Positions 38,731-47,667 of a stretch of DNA of 51,074 nucleotides are shown one piece after another. The stretch spans positions 1 through 51,074 of the forward strand of contig JBCCQY010000053.1 in assembly GCA_039208735.1 (NCBI GenBank), in the 5' to 3' direction. Source of the DNA: Myxococcota bacterium. GTDB lineage: Bacteria; Myxococcota_A; UBA796; GCA-2862545. The notes under the pieces were generated by a model. The model saw only the letters and a list, made by a program, of their open reading frames with translations. It was not told the origin of the DNA and did no database searches. How positions within the stretch are numbered: the stretch's first letter is position 1; every line of letters begins with the position of its first letter. The translations under genes were made by a program, and so were the position numbers.

Positions 38731-40653
38731 CTATTCCTGATTGACGATGGTGAATTCCACGCGGCGGTTGTTTTGGCGACCGCTTGGCGTGCTGTTCGTG
38801 TCGATCGGCAGGGATTCACCGAAGCCCTTCGCCGTGAGTCGAATGGGGTCAACCCCCGCCCGTACCAAGAATTGAACCACGGATTGGGCGCGCGAGCGGG
38901 ACAGTCGAAGGTTGAAGCCCTCCGAACCATCACTGTCGGTGTGTCCTTCGACTTGCACGAGCGTGATGCGGGGATTGTCGTTGATGACGGTCGCAACCTC
39001 CTCAAGCAGTGAGAAGGACTGGTCGCGAATCTTCGCCTTGCCGTACTCGAAGAACACCCGCTCTTTGATGACAATCTTCTCTTTCACGATCTCCACGCGG
39101 GTGGGAGCCGTATCCGGACAACCATCTTCATCGAGGTAGTTGTTCACCGTTTCGGGGTCGAACGGGCACTGGTCGGACGTATCGAACACACCGTCTAGGT
39201 CGTTGTCGGTATCGGGGCACCCGTCGTCGTCCTGCCACGTGTCGACGTCTTCTGGTTCGTCCGGGCACTTGTCGACGTCATCGGCGAGACCGTCCCCATC
39301 GCGGTCGAGGAACGGCTTTTCATCTGGACACCCATCGGCATCCTGGAAGTCGTTGACCGTCTCGGCGGCGTTCGGGCACGCATCTTGTTGATCGACGATG
39401 CCGTCACCATCGTTGTCGTCATCCGGGCACCCGTCGAGGTCGCGGTACCCATCCGGGTCTTCACGATCCAGGGGACAAGCATCCTGAGCATCGACAACGC
39501 CATCTTCATCGTTGTCGGATTCCGGACAGCCATCGTCGTCCGCGAAGCCATCCATGTCTTCGGGGTCGTCCGGGCAGCGGTCCACCCGATCGAAGATGCC
39601 GTCACCATCGTTGTCGTCGTCAGGGCACCCATCGCGATCCTCAAAGCCATCACGGTCTTCGGGGATGTTGATGCACTGATCGTAGCGGTTGGGCACCCCA
39701 TCATCATCGCGATCGAGGGTGAGGGGGTCGAAAGACGGCGACAGCGTAATGCCGCCGAACACACGCCAATCAGGCGATCCAAATGCCGATGTGAGCCCCA
39801 CCCCGGATCCCAGCGTGAAGGTGGCCACTTCAAAGCCCCGCAAGCGGAGCCACGGCAGCAGCTCGACGGGGTTCACGGCGATCTGATTCCCACCGGAAGC
39901 TCCTGCGAGATCGACCCCCAGTTCAAACCCCGGCGTCGGGCGAGCGGCAAGCGCCGCCCGGTACAAGAACTCGTTGCCAAAAGACACGTCGACAAACGGA
40001 TCGGCCTGCTTGAATCGGCCCCCGAGGTTGATGGCACCGCGCACCAGGTAATCTCCGGTACGGACGGAACCACTCGCCGCTTCAAACCCGACCATTGGGG
40101 CAATCGTGGGCGTGCCTTCGCCAATGAACGAGAAGTTTCGTCCCGTGGGCACGGACCCGGTGGCCCAGACCGCCAAGCCTACGTGGTAGCCCTTGTCGAT
40201 GTTGACGAGTGAAAGCTTCGGCGTCACCCGCAAGTCGCCGGCCCCGGCGGGCTCGAGTTCGGCGACCGGGACCTCGGAGATGGTCGCGGCAGGCTCAAAG
40301 CCCTGTTGCCAGACGACAAACGGCGCGTCGATGGTGAGCGAAAAGATGTTGCCAAGGCCCATGCCGAGCTGCAGATCAACCAGGGTGCGCTCGTCGATCA
40401 CACCGTCGCGATTGCCGGGAGGCGGACCGATCAGCCGCTCGCCGCCTGCCATCAAGATGGCTTGATCACGGCTATAATTGCCAAAAATGCCGGCCGTAAC
40501 CTGAAGGTTGGACAGCGTTGCCGTCCCTTCGGTCACCGCGTAGCCATACGGATCGAGCGACGGACGGAAGCGCTCGGCCTCGATGGGCCAGGGTTGACGC
40601 AGGGGCTCCTGCGCAAGGGCAGACGCTCCAAGCAGCAAGGCGGTGACCATCAT
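38731..40653 (-). CDS. TraB-like outer-membrane protein: beta-barrel, TSP3-like repeats, OmpA_C
   Basis: Signal peptide, ERFRP start, GDLRV.PK, PDWRVFGG; several D.D.DG..D..D.CP..PE repeats; VEGHTDSDG..FNLRLSRSRA, GFGESLP, NRRVEF. Confidence 0.9.
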   Translation of the reverse strand: MMVTALLLGASALAQEPLRQPWPIEAERFRPSLDPYGYAVTEGTATLSNLQVTAGIFGNYSRDQAILMAGGERLIGPPPGNRDGVIDERTLVDLQLGMGLGNIFSLTIDAPFVVWQQGFEPAATISEVPVAELEPAGAGDLRVTPKLSLVNIDKGYHVGLAVWATGSVPTGRNFSFIGEGTPTIAPMVGFEAASGSVRTGDYLVRGAINLGGRFKQADPFVDVSFGNEFLYRAALAARPTPGFELGVDLAGASGGNQIAVNPVELLPWLRLRGFEVATFTLGSGVGLTSAFGSPDWRVFGGITLSPSFDPLTLDRDDDGVPNRYDQCINIPEDRDGFEDRDGCPDDDNDGDGIFDRVDRCPDDPEDMDGFADDDGCPESDNDEDGVVDAQDACPLDREDPDGYRDLDGCPDDDNDGDGIVDQQDACPNAAETVNDFQDADGCPDEKPFLDRDGDGLADDVDKCPDEPEDVDTWQDDDGCPDTDNDLDGVFDTSDQCPFDPETVNNYLDEDGCPDTAPTRVEIVKEKIVIKERVFFEYGKAKIRDQSFSLLEEVATVINDNPRITLVQVEGHTDSDGSEGFNLRLSRSRAQSVVQFLVRAGVDPIRLTAKGFGESLPIDTNSTPSGRQNNRRVEFTIVNQE

Positions 40654-41084
40654 CACCCGTCACCTCGACGCGAAGCACCCCGACGCGGACGCAATGCCAT
40701 CAACGGCAGCAGGAGAATCATGGCGCTGCCGGTGTTGTCGGAACAGCCCCCCGCCCCCCGCAGGCTCGCCATGCGAATTCGGGTGTCGCAGTCTTCATCG
40801 AACAACCGGTCACAGTCGTTGTCGATGCGGTCCTCGCAGCGCTCTTCTGCACCGGGAAAGATCTCATCGTCCGCATCGTTGCAGTCGCCTTCGGCCACGG
40901 TGAAGCCGTCTTCATCCGCGTCGACGTCCATGCCGGTGTCGCCCGTGGGCATGGGGGTGGTGCCCCCAGTTCCGGTATCGGCTGTTTCAACCACGGTAGT
41001 GTCGCCGGCCACACCTGTATCGCCGGTCGCACCCGTCGGAGGACCCGCTGCGTGTGCGAGCCCCATGATGACCACCCACTGCAT
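40653..41084 (-). CDS. Small surface protein with a MopE-type putative metal-binding Cys motif and a MYXO-CTERM-like tail
   Basis: DADEDGF....GDCND....IFPGA.E.C..RIDNDCD; C-terminus GAGGCS + hydrophobic stretch + RPRR. Confidence 0.78.
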   Translation of the reverse strand: MQWVVIMGLAHAAGPPTGATGDTGVAGDTTVVETADTGTGGTTPMPTGDTGMDVDADEDGFTVAEGDCNDADDEIFPGAEERCEDRIDNDCDRLFDEDCDTRIRMASLRGAGGCSDNTGSAMILLLPLMALRPRRGASRRGDG

Positions 41085-41089
41085 GCCGC

Positions 41090-41989
41090 TCAGCCTCCCG
41101 CGGGCTTGTACTGGATTCCCGTGTGGTGCTCGACGCCGCTCTCGACCTTGAACTCGTTGTCCACGACCTCATTGTCGTTGATCATGAGCGTGATGGTTCC
41201 GTGATCGGGCGCGAGGAAGGTTTTCTCGAGACCCACCGGACTGATTTCGTCGATCCCGCTCTCCGTCTGAAAGCGCATAATCAACTGTCCACGAAGGCAA
41301 TCCGACCGTTCGCAAGGGAAGCCATCCACGTCGGTACCTTCGGGGTCGCCAGCGGCGTTAATCCAAGGTCCATCCTTCGTGATGCGATAGTAGTCGGCCT
41401 CGGTAGCATCGATGATGACGCGATCGCCACGACACACGCGAGCCGCGAGGTCCCAGTCCGTGCGGATCTCGAGGTAGTACTGAAGCGTGGAGTCGAGGGG
41501 TGGATGGGGGCATTCGCCGGCCGTCAGCTCGCCCGGCATGTCGATCATCCACTGCGCCCACTTGCTCGGGTTGCCGCTCTGCATGGCGGCCGTGCACTGA
41601 TCGAAGTTGCTCTTGGCGACCCGCTCGATGCGCTCGGGCTCCGACAGTAGCACCGTTTCGAAGGCTTCGACCCGCTTGCTATCGAACTGGATGCCGTCGT
41701 TGCGTTCCCCCCGCCATTGCCCGACGATGGCATTGCGGGTGTCTTGCCAAGCCATGCGCTTCGGGCCAGCTGCAAAATCTGCAAAGTTGGGCGGGTTGTA
41801 GCAAGCGCCCTTCTCGTACTCGACCCAACCCACCGGGGGCGGCTCATCGCCCTTCTTCTTTTTCTTCTTGCCCTTCTTGCCCGCTTCTGCGGGAGCTGCC
41901 ACGACGACCAACATCGCGACCGCGAGCACGGTAAGAGCGCGGCGCAGAAGGGCGAAACGAGGGTCGGAACCGAACATGGCCAGGCGCAT
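41090..41989 (-). CDS. Exported protein with putative C-terminal LecA/PA-IL-like domain
   Basis: Signal peptide, poly-Lys stretch; C-term W....V..GD.V.I.A...W....G...GQLI.RF...PVG...F.AP..G.I.L.IND....DN pattern. Confidence 0.6.
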   Translation of the reverse strand: MRLAMFGSDPRFALLRRALTVLAVAMLVVVAAPAEAGKKGKKKKKKGDEPPPVGWVEYEKGACYNPPNFADFAAGPKRMAWQDTRNAIVGQWRGERNDGIQFDSKRVEAFETVLLSEPERIERVAKSNFDQCTAAMQSGNPSKWAQWMIDMPGELTAGECPHPPLDSTLQYYLEIRTDWDLAARVCRGDRVIIDATEADYYRITKDGPWINAAGDPEGTDVDGFPCERSDCLRGQLIMRFQTESGIDEISPVGLEKTFLAPDHGTITLMINDNEVVDNEFKVESGVEHHTGIQYKPAGG

Positions 41990-42125
41990 TCTCTTCTCCC
42001 CGACGAGTGGCACGTTGTAGCACACCACCGTGACGTCAGCGAGGCGGGCTCGATTCACGGGCCCAGACGACAAATGCCCCAGAGACAACTCCGGGGCATC
42101 GTCGTTTAGTGCGTTCAGGCCTAGG

Positions 42126-42440
42126 TCAGGGAGTGACTTCGGTGGCCAGGACGTACGCGATGACGAGGGCGAACAGGCAGAGCGACTCGATGAACGCGAG
42201 ACCGACGAAGAACGGCGTGTTCAGCTTGCCGGCGGCCTGGGGGTTGCGGGAGACGCTCTCGTACATGGCCTTGGTCGCCTGTCCCTGGCCAAGTGCACCG
42301 CCGAGAACGGCGAGGCCCATGGCAAAACCGGCGGCGAGGTTACCGACGTCCATCGGCGCTGCATCACCTTCGGCGAAGGCCACATTGCTGGTGAGCAGCA
42401 AGACCGCCGCAACGGGAAGAACGGAAGCGAACTTTTTCAT
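42126..42440 (-). CDS. atpE: ATP synthase Fo subunit c
   Basis: GALGQG, SRNPQA loop, conserved Glu in FIESL; GAGGAG RBS; N-terminal signal-like extension. Confidence 0.95.
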   Translation of the reverse strand: MKKFASVLPVAAVLLLTSNVAFAEGDAAPMDVGNLAAGFAMGLAVLGGALGQGQATKAMYESVSRNPQAAGKLNTPFFVGLAFIESLCLFALVIAYVLATEVTP

Positions 42441-42493
42441 GGCTCCTCCTCTCCCGATGGGCCGGGAGCGATTTCGAGCTTGGGTTTGAATAA

Positions 42494-43270
42494 TCAATGC
42501 GCTTCGTGCTCATCGTGCGGAAGCGACAGGTTGATGTAGATGACGGTCAGCAGGCTGAACACGAAGGCTTGGAGAAAGCTCACAAGTGTAGCCAGGACCA
42601 ACAGGGCGGCGGGCAAGATGATCGGAATCAGCCCGCTCATGATGGTGAAGACCTGGTGGTCGCCGAACATGTTGGCCGTGAGGCGAATGGTCAGGGACAC
42701 CGGCCGAATGAAGAGGCTTGTGACCTCGATGAAGAAGAGCAGCGGGGCGAGGAACAGGACCGGCCCCGCGAGGTGACGCACGTAACCGACCGCGTCGCGG
42801 TAGAACCCGACTGCGTTGAAGACGACAAACACCACGATGGCCATGCCGAGGTTGGTGTCGATCACGTCGGTGGGAGGCAGGAAGCCCGGGAACAATCCTT
42901 GCAGGTTGGACACCAGGATGTAGAGGAACAACCCTGCGACAAACGGGAAGTAGTAGCTCACATCCTTGGCGCTCAACATGTCGCCCATGATGCTGCGAAT
43001 GCCATCGGCGATCACTTCGGCAAGCGAGAGCGCCGTGGGCTTATCGTCCGTGTGGTACTGCTCGAGGCCACCGCGCGTCCTTACGCGGTCGAGCTGCATC
43101 CGCGCGAGAACCGCGAACCCGAGAAGCAGCGCCACGGTGAGCCACACGTGGACGTAGACATGGGCCTCTACGGCCGTCGTTGCGGGGTCGACGTTGGGCA
43201 GGAAGCCGAGGATGCTGTTGTCGTCGACCGCCGGGAACAGGCGAAACCACGAAAAACCACTTGCGAGCAT
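42494..43270 (-). CDS. atpB: ATP synthase Fo subunit a
   Basis: SNLQGLFPG, PPTD, RPVSLTIRLTANMFGDH, LQAFVFSLLTVIY. Confidence 0.96.
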   Translation of the reverse strand: MLASGFSWFRLFPAVDDNSILGFLPNVDPATTAVEAHVYVHVWLTVALLLGFAVLARMQLDRVRTRGGLEQYHTDDKPTALSLAEVIADGIRSIMGDMLSAKDVSYYFPFVAGLFLYILVSNLQGLFPGFLPPTDVIDTNLGMAIVVFVVFNAVGFYRDAVGYVRHLAGPVLFLAPLLFFIEVTSLFIRPVSLTIRLTANMFGDHQVFTIMSGLIPIILPAALLVLATLVSFLQAFVFSLLTVIYINLSLPHDEHEAH

Positions 43271-43271
43271 G

Positions 43272-43691
43272 TCAAGCCTCGTCGGTGGAAGGAGGGCCCG
43301 TAACGCCCCCACCCACCGCGTCGAAATCGGGAGGTTCGCGCAACGCAAGCTCGATCCCGGTAGCCAGGATGCCGAGCATCAGCGGAACGAACCCGAGAGC
43401 CAGCCCGAAGAGAGGCAGCGAAGCCCCTACGGCGAGAAACAGGCCGAGGAATACGATGAACTTTACGAGCAGCACGGCGATCCAGAGCCCGATCGACGCA
43501 TCCTCGTTGGCGAACCCCTCGACGAGCTTGCCGCTCAGTCGGGACAGCAACCAGAGGTTGCCGATCACGAGGGCTCCCCCGACACCAGCTGCGATCGCGT
43601 ACGACATGCCCCAGAACGACGCGACCGCCACGCCTGCGGGCCAGCAAAGCGCGCAGTTGCGAAGGACAAGTTGTTCAGGTTTGGGGGTCAT
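43272..43691 (-). CDS. atpI: ATP synthase protein I-like (4 TM)
   Basis: Hydrophobic four-TM protein directly upstream of atpB. Confidence 0.75.
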   Translation of the reverse strand: MTPKPEQLVLRNCALCWPAGVAVASFWGMSYAIAAGVGGALVIGNLWLLSRLSGKLVEGFANEDASIGLWIAVLLVKFIVFLGLFLAVGASLPLFGLALGFVPLMLGILATGIELALREPPDFDAVGGGVTGPPSTDEA

Positions 43692-43914
43692 CTTCGCTAT
43701 CGCCGTCGCTATCGCCGGATGGAAGGATGCGGAACAGGTTCACAAGGCCGATGATGAACCCGAGGACGAAGCCCAGGGCCAGGAAGACGGGCGCAGTGTT
43801 CAACTGCGTGTCGCCCCACTGGCCTAGAAACCCACCCACAACCGTTGAGACGGCCAACTGGGTCACCGCGGCTGCGGACCGCGCCGCCTGGGCCGCGGCT
43901 GGGTCTCTACCCAT
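43675..43914 (-). CDS. AtpZ/AtpI family protein
   Basis: VGGFLGQWGDTQLNTAPVF..LG..LG..G pattern; first gene of the Fo cluster. Confidence 0.85.
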   Translation of the reverse strand: MGRDPAAAQAARSAAAVTQLAVSTVVGGFLGQWGDTQLNTAPVFLALGFVLGFIIGLVNLFRILPSGDSDGDSEDDPQT

Positions 43915-44014
43915 TCCGCCGCCGAGGATCCGGAACTATCGGTTGGAACCCGCAACAGCAACGGATGCGCAACCCCATGTGGCATTGAGGAGGTTCGTTG
44001 CGCAAGCGGAACCC

Positions 44015-45310
44015 CTAATGAACGTGGGCCGCGACAAGGGCTGCGTTGAGGCCTTCCACGATCCGCTGTACTTCAGCGTCGCTCAACGTCGCAGGCACGA
44101 ACGCCGCTTCGTACTGGCTCGGCGGGAGGTAGACCCCACCGTTGAGGGCGGCACGGAAGAATCGCGAGAATCCGGCGAAGTCGCACTCCTGGACTTCCGA
44201 GAAGCGCTTCGGCGCTTCGGACCGGAAAAACAGCGTGAACATGGAGCCCACGCGAGCAAAGGAACACCGGTGGTACTCCACCGCTGGTGCAAGACCTTCT
44301 TCGATGCGACGGCCGATCTCTTCGAGGCGTTCGTAGCGGTCGGGGGTGAGCTGACGTAGCGTCGCCAATCCGGCCGCCACCGCCACAGGGTTCCCTGACA
44401 AGGTCCCGGCTTGGTAGACCGGACCAACGGGGGCTAACTTGTCCATCAGGTCGGCCGAACCACCGAAACCTGCCAACGGATAGCCACCACCAAGCACCTT
44501 CCCCATCGCGGTCAGGTCGGGCGGAATGCCGAAATACTCCTGAGCGCCCCCCTTGGCGAGGCGAAACCCGGTCATGACTTCGTCGAAGATCAGCAAGGCC
44601 CCGTGTTTCGTGCACAGCTCACGGAGTGCCTTCAGGTAGCCCTCCACCGGCGGAATGCAGCCCATGTTGCCGACCACCGGTTCAAGCATGACAGCGGCGA
44701 CTTCGTCCTTGTTGGCTTCGAGCAGGGCCTCGACGGCTTCAGGGTCGTTGTAGGGGGCGACCAACGTGAGTTCGGCCACCGCAGCCGGCACCCCGGGAGA
44801 ACCTGGCTCCGTCGTCGCGCGGCCTTCTGAGAACGTGGCCACTCCTGATCCAGCCTTCACCAGGACCGCATCGTGCGCGCCGTGGTAGCAGCCCTCGAAC
44901 TTGATCACCTTCATGCGGCCCGTAGCGGCGCGAGCCAGCCGCACGGCATGCATCGTGGCCTCGGTGCCGCTGGAGCACATCCGGACCTTCTCGATGGTCG
45001 GCACCCGGGCGACGACTTCTTCGGCCAATTCAACTTCGAGTTCGGTGGGGGCACCAAAGCTCGAGCCTCGGGACGCGGCGGCCATCGCGGCGCCCAGGAC
45101 CGCGTGATTGGCGTGGCCCAGAATCAGGGGGCCCCACGAACAAATGAGGTCGAGGTAGCGGTGACCATCAGCATCGATCATCTCGTTGCCTTCGCCACGA
45201 ACCATGAAAGGGGGGTCGCCGCCCACCGCGCCAAAGGCACGCACAGGCGAATTCACCCCACCGGGGATCACGGTCTTGGCACGATCGAGGAGGCTATGCG
45301 AGCGAGACAT
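44015..45310 (-). CDS. hemL: Glutamate-1-semialdehyde 2,1-aminomutase
   Basis: IPGGVNSPVRAF, SWGPLILGH, SGTEATM, FEGCYHG, FDEVMTGFR, GKVLGGG, YQAGTLSGNP. Confidence 0.97.
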   Translation of the reverse strand: MSRSHSLLDRAKTVIPGGVNSPVRAFGAVGGDPPFMVRGEGNEMIDADGHRYLDLICSWGPLILGHANHAVLGAAMAAASRGSSFGAPTELEVELAEEVVARVPTIEKVRMCSSGTEATMHAVRLARAATGRMKVIKFEGCYHGAHDAVLVKAGSGVATFSEGRATTEPGSPGVPAAVAELTLVAPYNDPEAVEALLEANKDEVAAVMLEPVVGNMGCIPPVEGYLKALRELCTKHGALLIFDEVMTGFRLAKGGAQEYFGIPPDLTAMGKVLGGGYPLAGFGGSADLMDKLAPVGPVYQAGTLSGNPVAVAAGLATLRQLTPDRYERLEEIGRRIEEGLAPAVEYHRCSFARVGSMFTLFFRSEAPKRFSEVQECDFAGFSRFFRAALNGGVYLPPSQYEAAFVPATLSDAEVQRIVEGLNAALVAAHVH

Positions 45311-45376
45311 GCGGGCAACTCCAACATCCGGCGCCCCTTAGCGATATCCCTGTCGCCCGACCAAACGAAACCGCGG

Positions 45377-45820
45377 CTAAAGCGCAGCGAGGACGAGCTT
45401 CACGTCTTCGTCGTCCCGAACGTCCTGGTAGTCGATCGACGACGAACAAACCGGACACGATCCGGTGGAGTACAGGGCCGGCACCACGATCCGACATCGC
45501 GTGCAAACACAGATGTCATCGGTCCGATCGTGGATCACCGCCGTCAGTTCCTCGGTCGAAAGCGAGGGAAACACGCTGCTCGCACTCGGATACACGGGTG
45601 CTGTGAGCAAACGGGCGCTGTAGAACAAGGCCGGCAACCCCATCACGAAGAGCAGTCCTGCGATGAACTGGAATCCGGCGCTCTCCCAGCGGCCCCACTC
45701 CACATACATGGGGTAGATCCCGATGGCGAGGGCCCCCCCGATCATCGTGAGCGAAGCAAGCAGACCCAACCAGCCGCCCGCACGACCCTGTCCTTCGAGC
45801 TGTTGCCACCAATCGGTCAT
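45377..45820 (-). CDS. Two-TM membrane protein with C-terminal zinc ribbon
   Basis: Two hydrophobic segments; CTRC...CPVC; GAGGAG RBS. Confidence 0.7.
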   Translation of the reverse strand: MTDWWQQLEGQGRAGGWLGLLASLTMIGGALAIGIYPMYVEWGRWESAGFQFIAGLLFVMGLPALFYSARLLTAPVYPSASSVFPSLSTEELTAVIHDRTDDICVCTRCRIVVPALYSTGSCPVCSSSIDYQDVRDDEDVKLVLAAL

Positions 45821-45876
45821 GTTCGGCTCCTCTCGAGGATGTACCATGCACGGCAGCACGGGGAGGAGAGCAGGAC

Positions 45877-46377
45877 ATGAGCCAATGGGTCGCATGGGGA
45901 TGGGTCGTCGGCTGCCTACTCGGCGGAGGTGAACGGCGGGCTCCCACGACCGTCACCTGTCCCGAAGGCGCCACCCTTCGAACGACCGAACCTGCGGAAA
46001 CGCTGGACACCCGCGAGGGGACCGACACCCAGGTTTTACAGTGCCTCGACGCCTCGGGAGGACTCGTCGGCCCCCAGCTCGAGCGCTACCCAGATGAAGG
46101 TGCGGTCGCGGTCGAAGGCACGTGGGAGCAAGGCTTACGCCACGGTACCTGGACGGTCTGGCGACCGGACGGAGCGTTCGTGCGGCAAGCCCACTACGAC
46201 GGCGGGGTTCCGACCGACGAATGGCTCGAGGTCACCGCCGATGGGCGGATCACGGGGGTCACCTTCGACGCTGGCGTGGTGGTCGGGCTACGCAGCCTTC
46301 CCGTCGACACGGAGATGCCGGAGTGGGACCAGGGCATCGCCATGCCCGGTCGGCGCTACCAAGGGCAGGGGTCGTAG
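45877..46377 (+). CDS. MORN-variant repeat (YwqK-like) exported protein
   Basis: CPEGA, EGTWEQGLRHGTWTVWRPDG, YDGG..EW; GGAG-rich RBS. Confidence 0.72.
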   Translation: MSQWVAWGWVVGCLLGGGERRAPTTVTCPEGATLRTTEPAETLDTREGTDTQVLQCLDASGGLVGPQLERYPDEGAVAVEGTWEQGLRHGTWTVWRPDGAFVRQAHYDGGVPTDEWLEVTADGRITGVTFDAGVVVGLRSLPVDTEMPEWDQGIAMPGRRYQGQGS

Positions 46378-46452
46378 AAGACTTCTCCAACCCTTTTCCA
46401 ACCATCGCGCACAGGCACACCGATAGGCGCCTTGTCTCAAGGAGACAACGAC

Positions 46453-47667
46453 ATGGCGCGGTTTTGGTTGGTTCTCGCCTCCTCGACGTTCGCAGGCTGC
46501 ATCTTCATCGAGGACAACGGTGGCAACACGGATGGAGGTACGAACCCGGGGGATCCCGACAAGCCCACGCAGGGGAGCGACGATGGCGTGCTTCCGGCCA
46601 CGCTTTCCGATGGCAACGTGGTGCTGACTAACCGGGTGAAGGATCCGGCCTTGCCCGACTACGTGGCCCCCGAGGGCATCGACGTCGAGGTCGAACTCAC
46701 CATCGAACCGGGCGTGATCATCGAGTTTGGCAACGACACCACGCTGCTCATCGACGGTCGGGCGGGCGGCGTCCTCAACGCCGAAGGGACGGCGGCCGAG
46801 CCCATCGTGCTCACGCATCCCCGACGGGAAGCCGGGGCGTGGGCGGGCGTGTACATCGACAACGTCGAAGCGTCGTTGAACCGCCTCGACTACGTGACCA
46901 TCGAGTACGGAGGGGGACAGGCGTTCGGCGCCGGCCTCGAGGCCTCCAACCTCGGGGTTGGAGGATTCGTTGGGAACGGCCGCATCCGCGTGACGAATTC
47001 GATGTTCCGCAACTCCGCAAGCCACGGCATCGAGGTCGAGGGGAGCAGCGCGCTACCGGACTTCGCGGGCAACGCGTTCAGCTCCAATGCTGGATTCGAC
47101 CTCGTGATCCCGGCCGAAGTCTTCGGCAGCGTCGCCGACGACAATGCCGTAAGCCCCCAAGGCATCTCCATCACGGGCGGCCTCATCGAAACCGATGCGG
47201 TATGGCCCGCGATTTCGACGTTGTGGATCGAAGAAGAGGTGGTCGCCCAGGCGAGGCTCGAACTCTCACCAGGTCTGGATCTGGCCTTCGGCGACAATGT
47301 CGGCATGGTCATCGACGGGCGAGGCGATGGCGTGTTGGTCTCGGTCGGAACCGCCATGGAGCCCATCACGTTCCGCGGCCAAAACGGGGTCACCTGGCGT
47401 GGCCTCTGGATCGACAACACCGTCTCAAACTCGAACGCCATCCAGTTTGCCGAGTTTCAAGGTGGAGGGTTCGAAGCCTTTGAGCGCGATATCGCCGCCC
47501 AGCTGACCATCGGTGGATTCGTGGGCACGTCCACCATCGACGTTCGCGACTGCACGTTTTCATCGACCGCGGCCGGAGCGTCCGACATCGCCTTGCAGAG
47601 CGACGCGGACGTCAACGAAGACCTCGAGACGGCAAACACGTTCGACCAAGGCGTTACCACGTTCTAA
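46453..47667 (+). CDS. Lipoprotein with internally duplicated right-handed beta-helix-like region
   Basis: Lipobox FAGC; LTIEPGV.IEF...L.A.GT..EPI...W.G..IDN module present twice. Confidence 0.8.
   Translation: MARFWLVLASSTFAGCIFIEDNGGNTDGGTNPGDPDKPTQGSDDGVLPATLSDGNVVLTNRVKDPALPDYVAPEGIDVEVELTIEPGVIIEFGNDTTLLIDGRAGGVLNAEGTAAEPIVLTHPRREAGAWAGVYIDNVEASLNRLDYVTIEYGGGQAFGAGLEASNLGVGGFVGNGRIRVTNSMFRNSASHGIEVEGSSALPDFAGNAFSSNAGFDLVIPAEVFGSVADDNAVSPQGISITGGLIETDAVWPAISTLWIEEEVVAQARLELSPGLDLAFGDNVGMVIDGRGDGVLVSVGTAMEPITFRGQNGVTWRGLWIDNTVSNSNAIQFAEFQGGGFEAFERDIAAQLTIGGFVGTSTIDVRDCTFSSTAAGASDIALQSDADVNEDLETANTFDQGVTTF

Noticed and set aside
42126..43914. ATP synthase operon lacking atpF/H/A/G/D/C as a novelty
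   Set aside because: Split Fo/F1 clusters are ordinary in deltaproteobacteria-like genomes
43966..44004. 8-bp inverted repeat tgcgcaac/gttgcgca upstream of atpZ
   Set aside because: Short arms with a long spacer; could be chance in GC-rich DNA
45877..46377. Toxin-antitoxin (YwqK antitoxin) module
   Set aside because: MORN-variant repeats are generic and there is no adjacent toxin gene
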